DNA of 64,000 nt from a virus. The position numbers and the translations under genes were made by a program. Of the stretch, positions 36,346 to 45,184 are shown one piece after another. The notes beneath the pieces are model-generated. The model searched no databases, was not told the origin of the DNA, and saw only the letters and a list, made by a program, of their open reading frames with translations. Every line of letters begins with the position of its first letter. The first letter of the stretch is position 1. The DNA lies in IMG/VR virus record IMGVR_UViG_3300045988_135716, positions 32,001 through 96,000 of that record; one strand, given 5' to 3'.

Positions 36346-38610
36346 GTGATACGAATGCACTACAAAGACATTCTGGAATCTTATTACAAAGTTAATGAGA
36401 ACAATCCAGAAAACTCAGCAAAGAAATTACATAATGTTGTAGATAAAATTCTAAAACAGTTTGGTGGTATCACCGATATTGACAGGGATGAATGTTATTC
36501 TATAGCAAATTTAGAGATTACAAAATATATCAAAAGTCAATTAGATAAAGGAATTGAAGATTTTGATGAAGATAAATTCAATGGATTTATATATTTTGCA
36601 ATTTCCAGAAAAGTTAAGATGCATATTACAAGAAAAAACAGACAAAAGCGTTGTAAAATCGTAACAAAGATAGAAGATGGAAAGGAAATTAAGGAATATA
36701 TTTATCCAACATCATTAGATAATCTCATGTCTGACGATGGAAAAACAAAGATGATTGATATAATTCCTTCTGATTTTGATATAGAAAGCAGTATTGATGC
36801 AGGAGAACTATTAAATCTTGGAGAAAATGTAGTCAAATATATTGCTTCTCTTGGGTGTATAGAGCGCAAAATTGCAGATTTAATAATGCAAGGATGTAAT
36901 TCTACGGAGATCAAAAGCATATTAAAGCTTTCGGACAAAGAATATAATACATATCTTTCGGATATGAAAGAATATGAAAAAAGAAAACTTCTAAAGATGG
37001 AAGAATGTGAAAATGCAAATATTGAGGAGGAATTACCAATGGAAACAAAAACAACAACATCAGAAAGAACAAAATCTACCAGTTATTCAATAGAATCTCT
37101 TAGCAAACAGTTGAGACAGCACAGATTAAGAGACAACCATCCATTACAAAGAACTTCTGGACAATGGAGTCTACTTACAAAAAGCGAATTAATTTCTGAT
37201 ATTTTACAAGGTAATTCACTTTTACAGATTGTAATTTCAGAAGAAATTAAAGCCGGAATTATAATGCATTGGTTAATTGATGGAAAGCAGCGTTCTACAA
37301 ATTTAAAAGATTATCTTGAAGATGGATTTGCAATTTCCAAAAATGTACAGAGATATATGATTGAATATCAGAGCGACAAAACAGATGAAGATGGGAATGT
37401 AATTTTAAATGAAGATGGGTTTCCAATGCCAGAAAGTAAAGTATTTGATATTCGTGGAAAAAAATTTTCTCAATTGCCAGAAGAATTACAAGACAAATTT
37501 AAAGATTATCAAGTTCCTGTAATGCTCAATTTGAATTGTACAAAGAAAGATATTGCTTATGATATTGCACGATTCAACAGATGTAGACCAATGAATGTTT
37601 CTCAGTCAGGATGGCTAGGATTAGAAGAATCCTATGCTGAATATGTAGATAAGATTTTAAAGATGGATTTCTTTAAGGTTGATTGTGATAAGTCAAGTTA
37701 TTCAAATACGAATATTAAGAACGGATCACTTAGAAGAATTATTATTGAAGCAATAATGACATCTAAATATCTTAGTCATTTTGATAAAGACTTTGGTAAA
37801 ATGTGTGCTTACTTAACTGAAAATGCAAATGAATCAGTATTTATTGATTTTTATTTGACATTGGAGAAGTTATCTAATGTGTTAAGAGGTAATACATCAG
37901 ATATTTTTAATAACAAAAATTCATTTTTATGGTTTGCTTTATTTGATAAATTTTTAGAATATAACATTGAAGATGATAAATTTAATGGATTTATTCAGGA
38001 ATTTAAAGAGACATTACATAATAAAGAAATTGATGGTATTACATACGATTGCTTAAACGGTCAGAAAGGGACAAAGGATCGTTCTTCCGTAACAAAAAGA
38101 TTCAATCATTTGCTTACTCTGATGAAAGAATACTTACATATCGAAGATTCTGTTGAGGAAATCACAGAAGAACCAGAAACCATTGAAAATGATTTGTTTG
38201 ATACAGAAACAATTGAAGAATCATCTGAGAAACCTGCTATCGCAGAAGTAACAGAGTATTCAGCAATTGGAAATGTGGAAATTGAACACGTTGAAGGAGA
38301 AGTAGTAGATAACGATACATTAGATTTTGTGAAAGAATGTGTTGATAAGAACGTAACAGACATTGATGTTTCTTATTATGAAGACGACTTAAATACCATT
38401 ACAAAAGATGTACAGTCTAAGTTACTTGATGATGTAAACAGAAAATCTTTAATTGCAGTTATCGCATATGCGTATATGCAGGATGAAAATTACGAAGAAT
38501 GGTTTGAGAATTATTTTAAAAGAGTTGATACATATGATATTGATCAAAAAAAGAACTATCTCAATATGAGAAACGATTTGATTACTTTTAATAAAGGAGC
38601 AGTTGCATAA
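36346..38610 (+). CDS. fusion protein: sigma-70/ECF-like N-terminal region + DUF262 (ParB/Srx-fold) core + acidic C-terminal region
   Basis: HTH like sigma region 4 (LGCIERKIADLIMQGCNSTEIKSILKLSDKEY) at aa ~170-205; DUF262 motifs PLQRTSGQWS...LIDGKQRS at aa ~265-320. Confidence 0.55.
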   Translation: MIRMHYKDILESYYKVNENNPENSAKKLHNVVDKILKQFGGITDIDRDECYSIANLEITKYIKSQLDKGIEDFDEDKFNGFIYFAISRKVKMHITRKNRQKRCKIVTKIEDGKEIKEYIYPTSLDNLMSDDGKTKMIDIIPSDFDIESSIDAGELLNLGENVVKYIASLGCIERKIADLIMQGCNSTEIKSILKLSDKEYNTYLSDMKEYEKRKLLKMEECENANIEEELPMETKTTTSERTKSTSYSIESLSKQLRQHRLRDNHPLQRTSGQWSLLTKSELISDILQGNSLLQIVISEEIKAGIIMHWLIDGKQRSTNLKDYLEDGFAISKNVQRYMIEYQSDKTDEDGNVILNEDGFPMPESKVFDIRGKKFSQLPEELQDKFKDYQVPVMLNLNCTKKDIAYDIARFNRCRPMNVSQSGWLGLEESYAEYVDKILKMDFFKVDCDKSSYSNTNIKNGSLRRIIIEAIMTSKYLSHFDKDFGKMCAYLTENANESVFIDFYLTLEKLSNVLRGNTSDIFNNKNSFLWFALFDKFLEYNIEDDKFNGFIQEFKETLHNKEIDGITYDCLNGQKGTKDRSSVTKRFNHLLTLMKEYLHIEDSVEEITEEPETIENDLFDTETIEESSEKPAIAEVTEYSAIGNVEIEHVEGEVVDNDTLDFVKECVDKNVTDIDVSYYEDDLNTITKDVQSKLLDDVNRKSLIAVIAYAYMQDENYEEWFENYFKRVDTYDIDQKKNYLNMRNDLITFNKGAVA

Positions 38611-39056
38611 TGAAAGATACAGTAAATGAAGTAAAGAAAAACTTATCAGAACTCGATTATCTTCTTGGAGAAAATAATGTTGAAGATATTAAGAAACGTA
38701 TTGGAGATTTGATTGTGGACAGAATAGCATCAGATTTACGTGCATATGACTATTATCTGTTTTATCCAGAAGATTATACCGAAACAATCAATAGTGCATT
38801 TGAGAAAATAGAGAAGAAAATAACAAAAATGTATTCCGATGCGTTATTGGAAACGGCAACAGAATCAGTTACACGATTTAAAGATATTGCATTATCACAT
38901 ATAAACGAAACACAGGGGCTACAATTGAGGTCGTGTCATAAATGTGAACATTGTAATTTTAATAGATGTAAATTCTATGAAGATTACTATTGGAAAGCAC
39001 ATGACGGAATTTGTGCAGAAGAAGGATTTATCAATTTTAAAGAGAAAGTAGATTAA
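38610..39056 (+). CDS. hypothetical protein with C-terminal Cys cluster
   Basis: CHKCEHCNFNRCKF...C; ATGA overlap with upstream gene. Confidence 0.45.
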   Translation: MKDTVNEVKKNLSELDYLLGENNVEDIKKRIGDLIVDRIASDLRAYDYYLFYPEDYTETINSAFEKIEKKITKMYSDALLETATESVTRFKDIALSHINETQGLQLRSCHKCEHCNFNRCKFYEDYYWKAHDGICAEEGFINFKEKVD

Positions 39057-39071
39057 TAAGGGAGATTACAT

Positions 39072-39659
39072 ATGAACATGAGACTTTCAGAAATTAAAAT
39101 TTCTGCGGATTTTGAAAGCAGTATTCCAAATACATATAAATATAATAAATGTGAAAATTACTATAACAAAACAGGAAATCAGGATAGGTACATAGTAGTA
39201 GATGAGAAGAATGTTTTAGTAGATGGTTATATAATGTATTTAGTATTGAAAAATCATGATGTGGAATATGGTAATGTAAAACGTTTGACATTAAGAAAAC
39301 ATACTTATACTGATAAGCAACGTAAAAAGTATGGACGATTGATTTCACCTAAACACGTTGTTACATACAAGGAAAAACCAACTGCTTATGTATACGGAAA
39401 ACATCCTAATAGTAAAGACAATAAAGAATACGTTTGGAGATTACCGCAAGCATGGGGATATATGAGTCTTATGTTACAAAAAGGTGATGTAATCTATTGT
39501 GGTACAAGATTTGGAGTTGCACCTGTTGTTGTAACTAAAGTGGAATTAAAATCTAATTTTGATACCAGTTTATGTATTAAAAAAGTATGCTCACAGAAGA
39601 TTTATAGGAATGGAGAATTATTAAAATATGATAGTAAGGATGGATCAACTAATGTGTAA
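39072..39659 (+). CDS. possible ParB N-terminal-domain-like protein
   Basis: LSEIKISADFESSIP...RYIVVDEKNVLVDGYIMYLVLKNHDVEYGNV resembles ParB/Srx N-domain; weak. Confidence 0.35.
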   Translation: MNMRLSEIKISADFESSIPNTYKYNKCENYYNKTGNQDRYIVVDEKNVLVDGYIMYLVLKNHDVEYGNVKRLTLRKHTYTDKQRKKYGRLISPKHVVTYKEKPTAYVYGKHPNSKDNKEYVWRLPQAWGYMSLMLQKGDVIYCGTRFGVAPVVVTKVELKSNFDTSLCIKKVCSQKIYRNGELLKYDSKDGSTNV

Positions 39660-39819
39660 TCATAACTGGGTATTAATCGAAAAGCCACGACATTTAAAGT
39701 ATAATTATAGTGGGTTAGAAGTTGTGATTGGTAAATGTCGATGCACGAAATGTAAGAAGATAAAGGATAGAAAGATGATTGGTCACCAGATTGGAAATAT
39801 ATTTGAGGAGACAGGATAA
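39652..39819 (+). CDS. small zinc-ribbon protein
   Basis: MCNHNW...CRCTKC; AAGGATGGA SD before ATG 39652. Confidence 0.4.
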   Translation: MCNHNWVLIEKPRHLKYNYSGLEVVIGKCRCTKCKKIKDRKMIGHQIGNIFEETG

Positions 39820-39838
39820 AAGCGTGGTTTCATTGCCA

Positions 39839-40010
39839 GTTTTTAGAAGAGCTTAAATTTATAGAGTTCTAAAACTAATGAGGTACATTGGTTAAGTGTA
39901 GTGCACACGTTTTAGAAGAGTGTAAATTTATAGGGTTCTAAAGCTCCTTGCCCGTCATGCCGATAGCACAGCCAGTTTTAGAAGAGTGTAAATTTATAAG
40001 GTTCTAAAGC
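39839..40010 (+). CRISPR. mini-CRISPR array: 3 repeats (36-37 nt), 2 spacers (33 and 30 nt)
   Basis: R1 39839-39875, R2 39909-39944, R3 39975-40010 (R2/R3 differ at 1 nt; R1 degenerate); unique spacers 39876-39908 and 39945-39974; repeats partly palindromic (TTTAGAA...TTCTAAA). Confidence 0.75.
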
Positions 40011-40288
40011 CTCAAATTTACAAGAACCTTATAAATTATGAAATGTACGTATGTACATACGTTGTCAACTAAAAATAGAATAAGTGATACATAAGTTGAA
40101 CTACATTATTATAAGAGAATATGTTATTGTGTCGCTCTAGCAATAATTATATCGTGAAAAGCTAAACATCCATTACATAATTCTGTAAAACACTCTTAAT
40201 GGAAGTGCTTGAACATCAAAGACTTATAATAATATTTTCGAAGAGCATTACCAGTTTTATACTGAGATTATATTTAAGGACAAAGAAA
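40011..40288 (+). ncRNA. anti-repeat plus omega-RNA/tracrRNA-like scaffold leader of the IscB gene
   Basis: 40024-40037 GAACCTTATAAATT is the perfect complement of 39991-40004 in R3; ~250 nt ORF-free, contains 16-nt palindrome 40047-40062; abuts SD/ATG of IscB. Confidence 0.55.
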
Positions 40289-41842
40289 ATGAATTACTTA
40301 GATTTTGCATTTGTAATAGATAAAAATAATAATCCTTGTATGCCTATTTATGAAGGATATGCAGGTAAATTATTGAGAAGTAAAAAAGCAGTTATTGTAA
40401 ATCATGATCCATTAGTTGTACAAAGACACGATGAATATAATGCAGATTTAGAGTTTAGAGATAGAATTACATTAAAAGTAGATACTGGATATGAAAATAT
40501 AGGATTTTCAGTCAGTGATAGTAAACATGAATATTTATCAGGTCAAGTTAAATTGCTTAATGGAATATCTAAGAGGTTATTGGCTAGAAAAGAACATAGA
40601 GGTTGTCGTAGACAAAGATTAAGATATAGAAAAAACAAAGCCATAGACTATAAAACAGTTAATAATCCAACATATAAAAATGGGAATCAAGATGGTTGGT
40701 TAGCACCTTCAATTTTACATAGAATTAATTCGCATTTGAGATTAGTTGATAAAATTGCTTCTTGGATTCCAATTGATAAAGTGATTATTGAAACTGCGAA
40801 CTTTGATATACAGAAAATAAAAGCTATATTAAACGACAAAGAAATTGAAGGAGTCGAATATCAGTTAGGAGAAATGTATGGATTTGAAAATGTTAAACAG
40901 TATGTAAGAGAACGAGACAATTATACTTGTCAAATATGCGAAGCTGGACAAGATAAAGATAAGAAAAATGTTCCTATAGAAGTACATCATATTATTCCAC
41001 GTTCAAAAGGAGGTTCTAATAAGCCAGATAATTTAATTTCGTTATGTAAAACCTGTCATAAAAAAGTTCATATGAATAATAATGACAATGATTTATTTAG
41101 AAAATTGCAACATGATGGAGTGAAAAATACATACAAAGATGCTTCATTTATGAACATCATGAGATGGACGCTATATAATCAGTTAAAAGAAAAATATGAC
41201 GTATCTATATCATATGGTTATATAACAAAATTAAATAGACGAATGGCAAATCTGAAAAAGTACCATTATATTGATGCGTTGTGCATTTCAGATTATCATG
41301 AAATTACACTTACTAAAAATATTTATTTAGTTGAACAAAAACGATGTAATGATAGATGTATGGAATCGTTTTTTGATGCCAAATATATTGATAGTAGAGA
41401 TAATAAAATAAAGGAAGGAACTGAATTATGTAAAGTCAGAAAATCATATGCATCGAGAAGATCTACAAGAAAAGAAGATATTGAAAACAATCGTATTTTT
41501 AGAAAAGAAAAAGTTGAAAAAGGAAGAAGACAATATAGATGTCATTCATATTGTTTAAAAGCAGGAGATTTAGTATATATAAATTATGGAAAACATAAAG
41601 GCAAAATAGCAGAATTTTCAACAATGAAAAAAACTCCAACTGGTTCATATCAAATAAAATTTATTTATGATGGACAAGAATGTAAATGTCCATCAATATC
41701 TATCAAACCAGAAGAGTATATTCAATTAACAACAAATCAATGTGACAAAGTAAAAATTGTACGTACTCGTAGAGGTATGATTTGGCGAAAAACTGATAGA
41801 TTAGAATATGAGTCAAACACACCTGAACAGTATAGACCTTAA
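40289..41842 (+). CDS. iscB: IscB-family RNA-guided nuclease (PLMP-RuvC-bridge helix-HNH-RuvC), 517 aa
   Basis: FVIDKNNNPCMPI (PLMP-like); KVDTG (RuvC-I); RGCRRQRLRYRKN (bridge helix); IIETANFD (RuvC-II); CQIC...HHIIPRSKGGSNKPDNLISLCKTCH (HNH); HYIDA (RuvC-III); AAGGA SD 8 nt before ATG 40289. Confidence 0.85.
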   Translation: MNYLDFAFVIDKNNNPCMPIYEGYAGKLLRSKKAVIVNHDPLVVQRHDEYNADLEFRDRITLKVDTGYENIGFSVSDSKHEYLSGQVKLLNGISKRLLARKEHRGCRRQRLRYRKNKAIDYKTVNNPTYKNGNQDGWLAPSILHRINSHLRLVDKIASWIPIDKVIIETANFDIQKIKAILNDKEIEGVEYQLGEMYGFENVKQYVRERDNYTCQICEAGQDKDKKNVPIEVHHIIPRSKGGSNKPDNLISLCKTCHKKVHMNNNDNDLFRKLQHDGVKNTYKDASFMNIMRWTLYNQLKEKYDVSISYGYITKLNRRMANLKKYHYIDALCISDYHEITLTKNIYLVEQKRCNDRCMESFFDAKYIDSRDNKIKEGTELCKVRKSYASRRSTRKEDIENNRIFRKEKVEKGRRQYRCHSYCLKAGDLVYINYGKHKGKIAEFSTMKKTPTGSYQIKFIYDGQECKCPSISIKPEEYIQLTTNQCDKVKIVRTRRGMIWRKTDRLEYESNTPEQYRP

Positions 41843-41919
41843 TACATATCATATCTAAAACATTCTTATAAAAGATCCCAATTTTATCATAATTGAATAT
41901 ATAGAAAGAGGTGATAACC

Positions 41920-42066
41920 ATGATCCTAGTAATGCGAATAATCCTTGTACCATTATGTATCGCAAATGCGATTGTTCAGAAACGAAACACACAAAAAGTC
42001 CTCTGGTCTTGCATGGCATTATGTTGGCTTGGATTGTGTGTAGATGAAATTATGAAAATTTGGTAA
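41920..42066 (+). CDS. small membrane protein (48 aa)
   Basis: AGAGGTGA SD; hydrophobic (MILVMRIILVPLCIANAIV...). Confidence 0.4.
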   Translation: MILVMRIILVPLCIANAIVQKRNTQKVLWSCMALCWLGLCVDEIMKIW

Positions 42067-42080
42067 AGAAAAGGAGAAAA

Positions 42081-42482
42081 ATGAGAGACAGAAGTGAATT
42101 TGGAAGAATGTATGGAATTATTTTCACCAATGATGATTATGTTGGTATGAAAAAGCTTGATGAAATTTTAAGAGAAAAGTTGGCACAAGGAATTAAGTGT
42201 GTAAGACATGACCGACTTGGATATTATTGTAATTACATTATGAAATTTTCGGATGATGATGTATGGAGAATTATTTCACCACATGACAAATCTGTGAGGT
42301 GCTTAAAATGGAATTTAGCATATATAGACGCTTATAATACTACTTTGGATGATTACATGAATATTATTATTCCTTCTGGTGATACAACAATGGTTGAAGA
42401 ACCAAAATATTTTAATTGGGATAATGAATATTTTAAAGATTTAGTTATTGGCAAACGGCAAGAATTTAAGTGGATAGAATAA
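42081..42482 (+). CDS. hypothetical protein
   Basis: AAAGGAG SD before ATG 42081. Confidence 0.5.
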   Translation: MRDRSEFGRMYGIIFTNDDYVGMKKLDEILREKLAQGIKCVRHDRLGYYCNYIMKFSDDDVWRIISPHDKSVRCLKWNLAYIDAYNTTLDDYMNIIIPSGDTTMVEEPKYFNWDNEYFKDLVIGKRQEFKWIE

Positions 42483-42608
42483 TACGATGAAATGTGAGTT
42501 TTAGGAGTAATTAAGAATGATAGAATTGATTTATAATATTATGTTAATTATGATACCTGTAATATATTTAACAAATGTTATTTACAATTGGGTTTTTAAG
42601 GAGAAGAA

Positions 42609-42851
42609 ATGAAAGAGAGTCAGTGTGATAAATTATTTAACAGATTTGTAGATAGTTATAACAGTTCTAACTGGCATCCAAATGACATTAGAAGATTTCA
42701 TGAATATGTAGAATACTGTTATATGAATAATATAGATTGTTATGCTATGATTGAAAAAATTAAAAGATGCACATTTACAAAAGAAACAAAAGATATACTT
42801 ATAAGAAATGCATTAGACGTATATGAGTATTTACGAATAAAAGATATTTAA
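42609..42851 (+). CDS. hypothetical protein
   Basis: ORF with AAGGAG SD. Confidence 0.5.
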   Translation: MKESQCDKLFNRFVDSYNSSNWHPNDIRRFHEYVEYCYMNNIDCYAMIEKIKRCTFTKETKDILIRNALDVYEYLRIKDI

Positions 42852-42954
42852 AACTTAGATGAATGACTTGTTTTATTAAAACTTGAGTTTCAAAGAAAGG
42901 AAGTGAGATACAATAAGTAAAGAATTTGAAAATGAATTTTATAAATTAGATTAT

Positions 42955-43212
42955 ATGCATAATTATATTTTGAATACTATGAATCACATACCAAGATATG
43001 TCTATGGTAAACCAAAACAATCAAAACGACTCATTAAAGAATATATGCTGAAAAATGAATATGATGAATATTTTACAGAAGAAATTAATAATGATTTTTG
43101 TGAAGGTTTTGGATGCGCAGTTGATTTAATATTTAATGAATTTTTAGATGATATTCATGAAAAATATGATCTATTAAAAAAAGGAAGATATGGAGAGAAT
43201 TATAATGGATAA
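42955..43212 (+). CDS. hypothetical protein (possible upstream ATA start at 42913)
   Basis: No SD before ATG 42955; frame is open back to 42907 with AAGGAAG upstream. Confidence 0.4.
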   Translation: MHNYILNTMNHIPRYVYGKPKQSKRLIKEYMLKNEYDEYFTEEINNDFCEGFGCAVDLIFNEFLDDIHEKYDLLKKGRYGENYNG

Positions 43213-43615
43213 GGAGAAAGAAAAATTATCTAAAGAGATATTTCTTATTTGTAAGGGAAGATACAATTACGAAAAGTATGGTTCAGTGTTTGATGCAATG
43301 AATAAATATTATCATAAACATTATTGTGATGATATTGACATTACATATAAACTTGCCAATCAGATATTTTTATTTCCTATGGTTGAATGGATATTGGAGA
43401 ATCATAGAGATAATAAGTTGCATTCGTTTTTGTATCACATATTTAATAATAACTTATTTTGGAACGGAGAATGTAATTACGATGAGAACTTATTTAAAAA
43501 GATTTTGAGTTGGGTTGTTATAATAAATGTAAAACATTATAACGAAGAAACGGATGAATACGAATGGGTTATTGATTTATCTGATTTTGACGGAAAGGAT
43601 GTTGATTTAGAATGA
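43190..43615 (+). CDS. hypothetical protein
   Basis: 141-aa ORF. Confidence 0.5.
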   Translation: MERIIMDKEKEKLSKEIFLICKGRYNYEKYGSVFDAMNKYYHKHYCDDIDITYKLANQIFLFPMVEWILENHRDNKLHSFLYHIFNNNLFWNGECNYDENLFKKILSWVVIINVKHYNEETDEYEWVIDLSDFDGKDVDLE

Positions 43616-43641
43616 TTAATAGTATCAAATAAGGAGAAAAT

Positions 43642-43791
43642 ATAGGTGTAGCAACACAGGTACAAGGTGCAGTTGTAGATGTATATCAACATCCAAAATT
43701 TAAAGGCATGTATGGATTTGTATATAGAGGTGAGAAGTGGACTTGTAGTGATTATGCTTTTGATAAGGAGTACAAGAGTGAAATGGATTAA
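43642..43791 (+). CDS. hypothetical 49-aa protein with apparent ATA start
   Basis: AAGGAG 5 nt upstream of ATA 43642; open frame IGVATQVQGAVVDVYQHPKFKGMYGFVYRGEKWTCSDYAF...; no canonical start near SD. Confidence 0.35.
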   Translation: MGVATQVQGAVVDVYQHPKFKGMYGFVYRGEKWTCSDYAFDKEYKSEMD

Positions 43792-43948
43792 GAGAAAAAT
43801 AATTATGTGGTTATTTGGATATGATTTTCCTCGATATGTGAGACAGTTCTATAAGGAACAGGATCAAGTGAGAAAATTGTACTCTGATATGCTACATGAA
43901 GAAGAAAGATTGTTAAGATGGATAAAGCTAGCAGAAGAAAAGAGGTGA
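43778..43948 (+). CDS. hypothetical protein
   Basis: GTG 43778 after AAGGAG; upstream part of track ORF 43679 overlaps the better-supported 43642 frame. Confidence 0.4.
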   Translation: MKWIKRKIIMWLFGYDFPRYVRQFYKEQDQVRKLYSDMLHEEERLLRWIKLAEEKR

Positions 43949-43954
43949 GAATAA

Positions 43955-44560
43955 TTGAGTTACATAGGGAGTAGGGTTAAGTATATAGGCAATGTTTATG
44001 GTATGTCTTGTAAAGAAGGTATAATTATTGAAGAAAATACAGGCACTGTACAGGTTGAATTTGACAATGGGGTAATTCTTGATTTATGTAAAAAATATAT
44101 TGTAATAAACGAAAGTGAGGATAATAACATGGCAAAATTAGAAGGATATTATGCAGTAGCAGTAACAGAAGAAGGAATTGGGTATAATAAAAGAAATTAT
44201 TATTATGCGATTTTTGATGATGGTAACATATATAAAGTCGGAGATCAGGTTATAGTAAGTGGTTCAAATAATGACGTTTTGGAAATTAAAGATATTATCA
44301 CATTAGAAGAAGCAAAAGAAAAAGGAAGAAAAGATATTACTGCGGAAGTTATTTGTAAGGTTGATACATTAGCGTATGATAAACGTGTGGAAGAACGTAA
44401 AGAGAAAGTTGAACGTAAGAAAGAAGCTGATAAAATTAAGAAACAGATGGATAAAATGATTGCAGAAATGGATCAGACAAAGCGTTATGAGATGTATGCA
44501 AGTGATAATCCTGAGCTAGCAGAGAAATTAAAAGCATATAAGGAGCTGATTGGAGAGTAA
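43955..44560 (+). CDS. hypothetical protein with C-terminal coiled coil
   Basis: 201-aa ORF (TTG start in track). Confidence 0.5.
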   Translation: MSYIGSRVKYIGNVYGMSCKEGIIIEENTGTVQVEFDNGVILDLCKKYIVINESEDNNMAKLEGYYAVAVTEEGIGYNKRNYYYAIFDDGNIYKVGDQVIVSGSNNDVLEIKDIITLEEAKEKGRKDITAEVICKVDTLAYDKRVEERKEKVERKKEADKIKKQMDKMIAEMDQTKRYEMYASDNPELAEKLKAYKELIGE

Positions 44561-44561
44561 T

Positions 44562-44813
44562 ATGGAAGTCATGATAGCGATTTTAATTATAACATCTATT
44601 ATGTTGAGTATATTTTTTGTGTACAATGCTGTTGAAAGTGATGATTTGCCACATGAAACATACTTAATTATTTACAAAGATAAAAATTTGTTTGGGATAA
44701 TTACCACTACTTTATATTTGATTTTTTCAATTCCTGCACAGATAATTATATATTTATCTTATGTAATCATGGAGTTTATTGATTTGATTTATCGTTTAGG
44801 AGTAAAAAAGTAA
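44562..44813 (+). CDS. membrane protein (2 TM)
   Basis: GGAGAG SD before ATG 44562; two long hydrophobic segments. Confidence 0.5.
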   Translation: MEVMIAILIITSIMLSIFFVYNAVESDDLPHETYLIIYKDKNLFGIITTTLYLIFSIPAQIIIYLSYVIMEFIDLIYRLGVKK

Positions 44814-45073
44814 TGAACAAAGAAAAGATACATAAATTTCGTAGGAAGTTAGGTTGGGTTGTTTTTCTTGGTGGGATGGTGGCAAACGTGATAATTTCAT
44901 GGGGATTTTTATTCATGAAACCCGTCTTTCATCTGTTATTTTCCATTGCAGCAGGGGTATTTTCAGTTAAATTATTGGGAATTTCACTATTAAAATGCTT
45001 TTTAGCTCCTATTGTATGGTATACATTATTATGGATTATAGAAGTAATTTTAGAATATTTGGGAGATTATTGA
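44813..45073 (+). CDS. membrane protein (multi-TM)
   Basis: TAATG overlap; three hydrophobic segments. Confidence 0.5.
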   Translation: MNKEKIHKFRRKLGWVVFLGGMVANVIISWGFLFMKPVFHLLFSIAAGVFSVKLLGISLLKCFLAPIVWYTLLWIIEVILEYLGDY

Positions 45074-45184
45074 TAAATAAAGAGAAAGAATTAAAAGAAC
45101 ATATTGAAAAACGTATTCAGAATTATGTTTGGAAAGCTTTGACAGGAAAGAAATTAACTATTGAAGATTTAGGAGGATATAGCG

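Noticed and set aside
40199-40288. The longer IscB start at ATG 40199 given in the ORF track.
   Set aside because: It has no SD, and the extra 30 residues (MEVLEHQRLIIIFSKSITSFILRLYLRTKK) look non-native. ATG 40289 has AAGGA 8 nt upstream and begins directly at the PLMP-like domain. The upstream stretch is better explained as guide-RNA scaffold.
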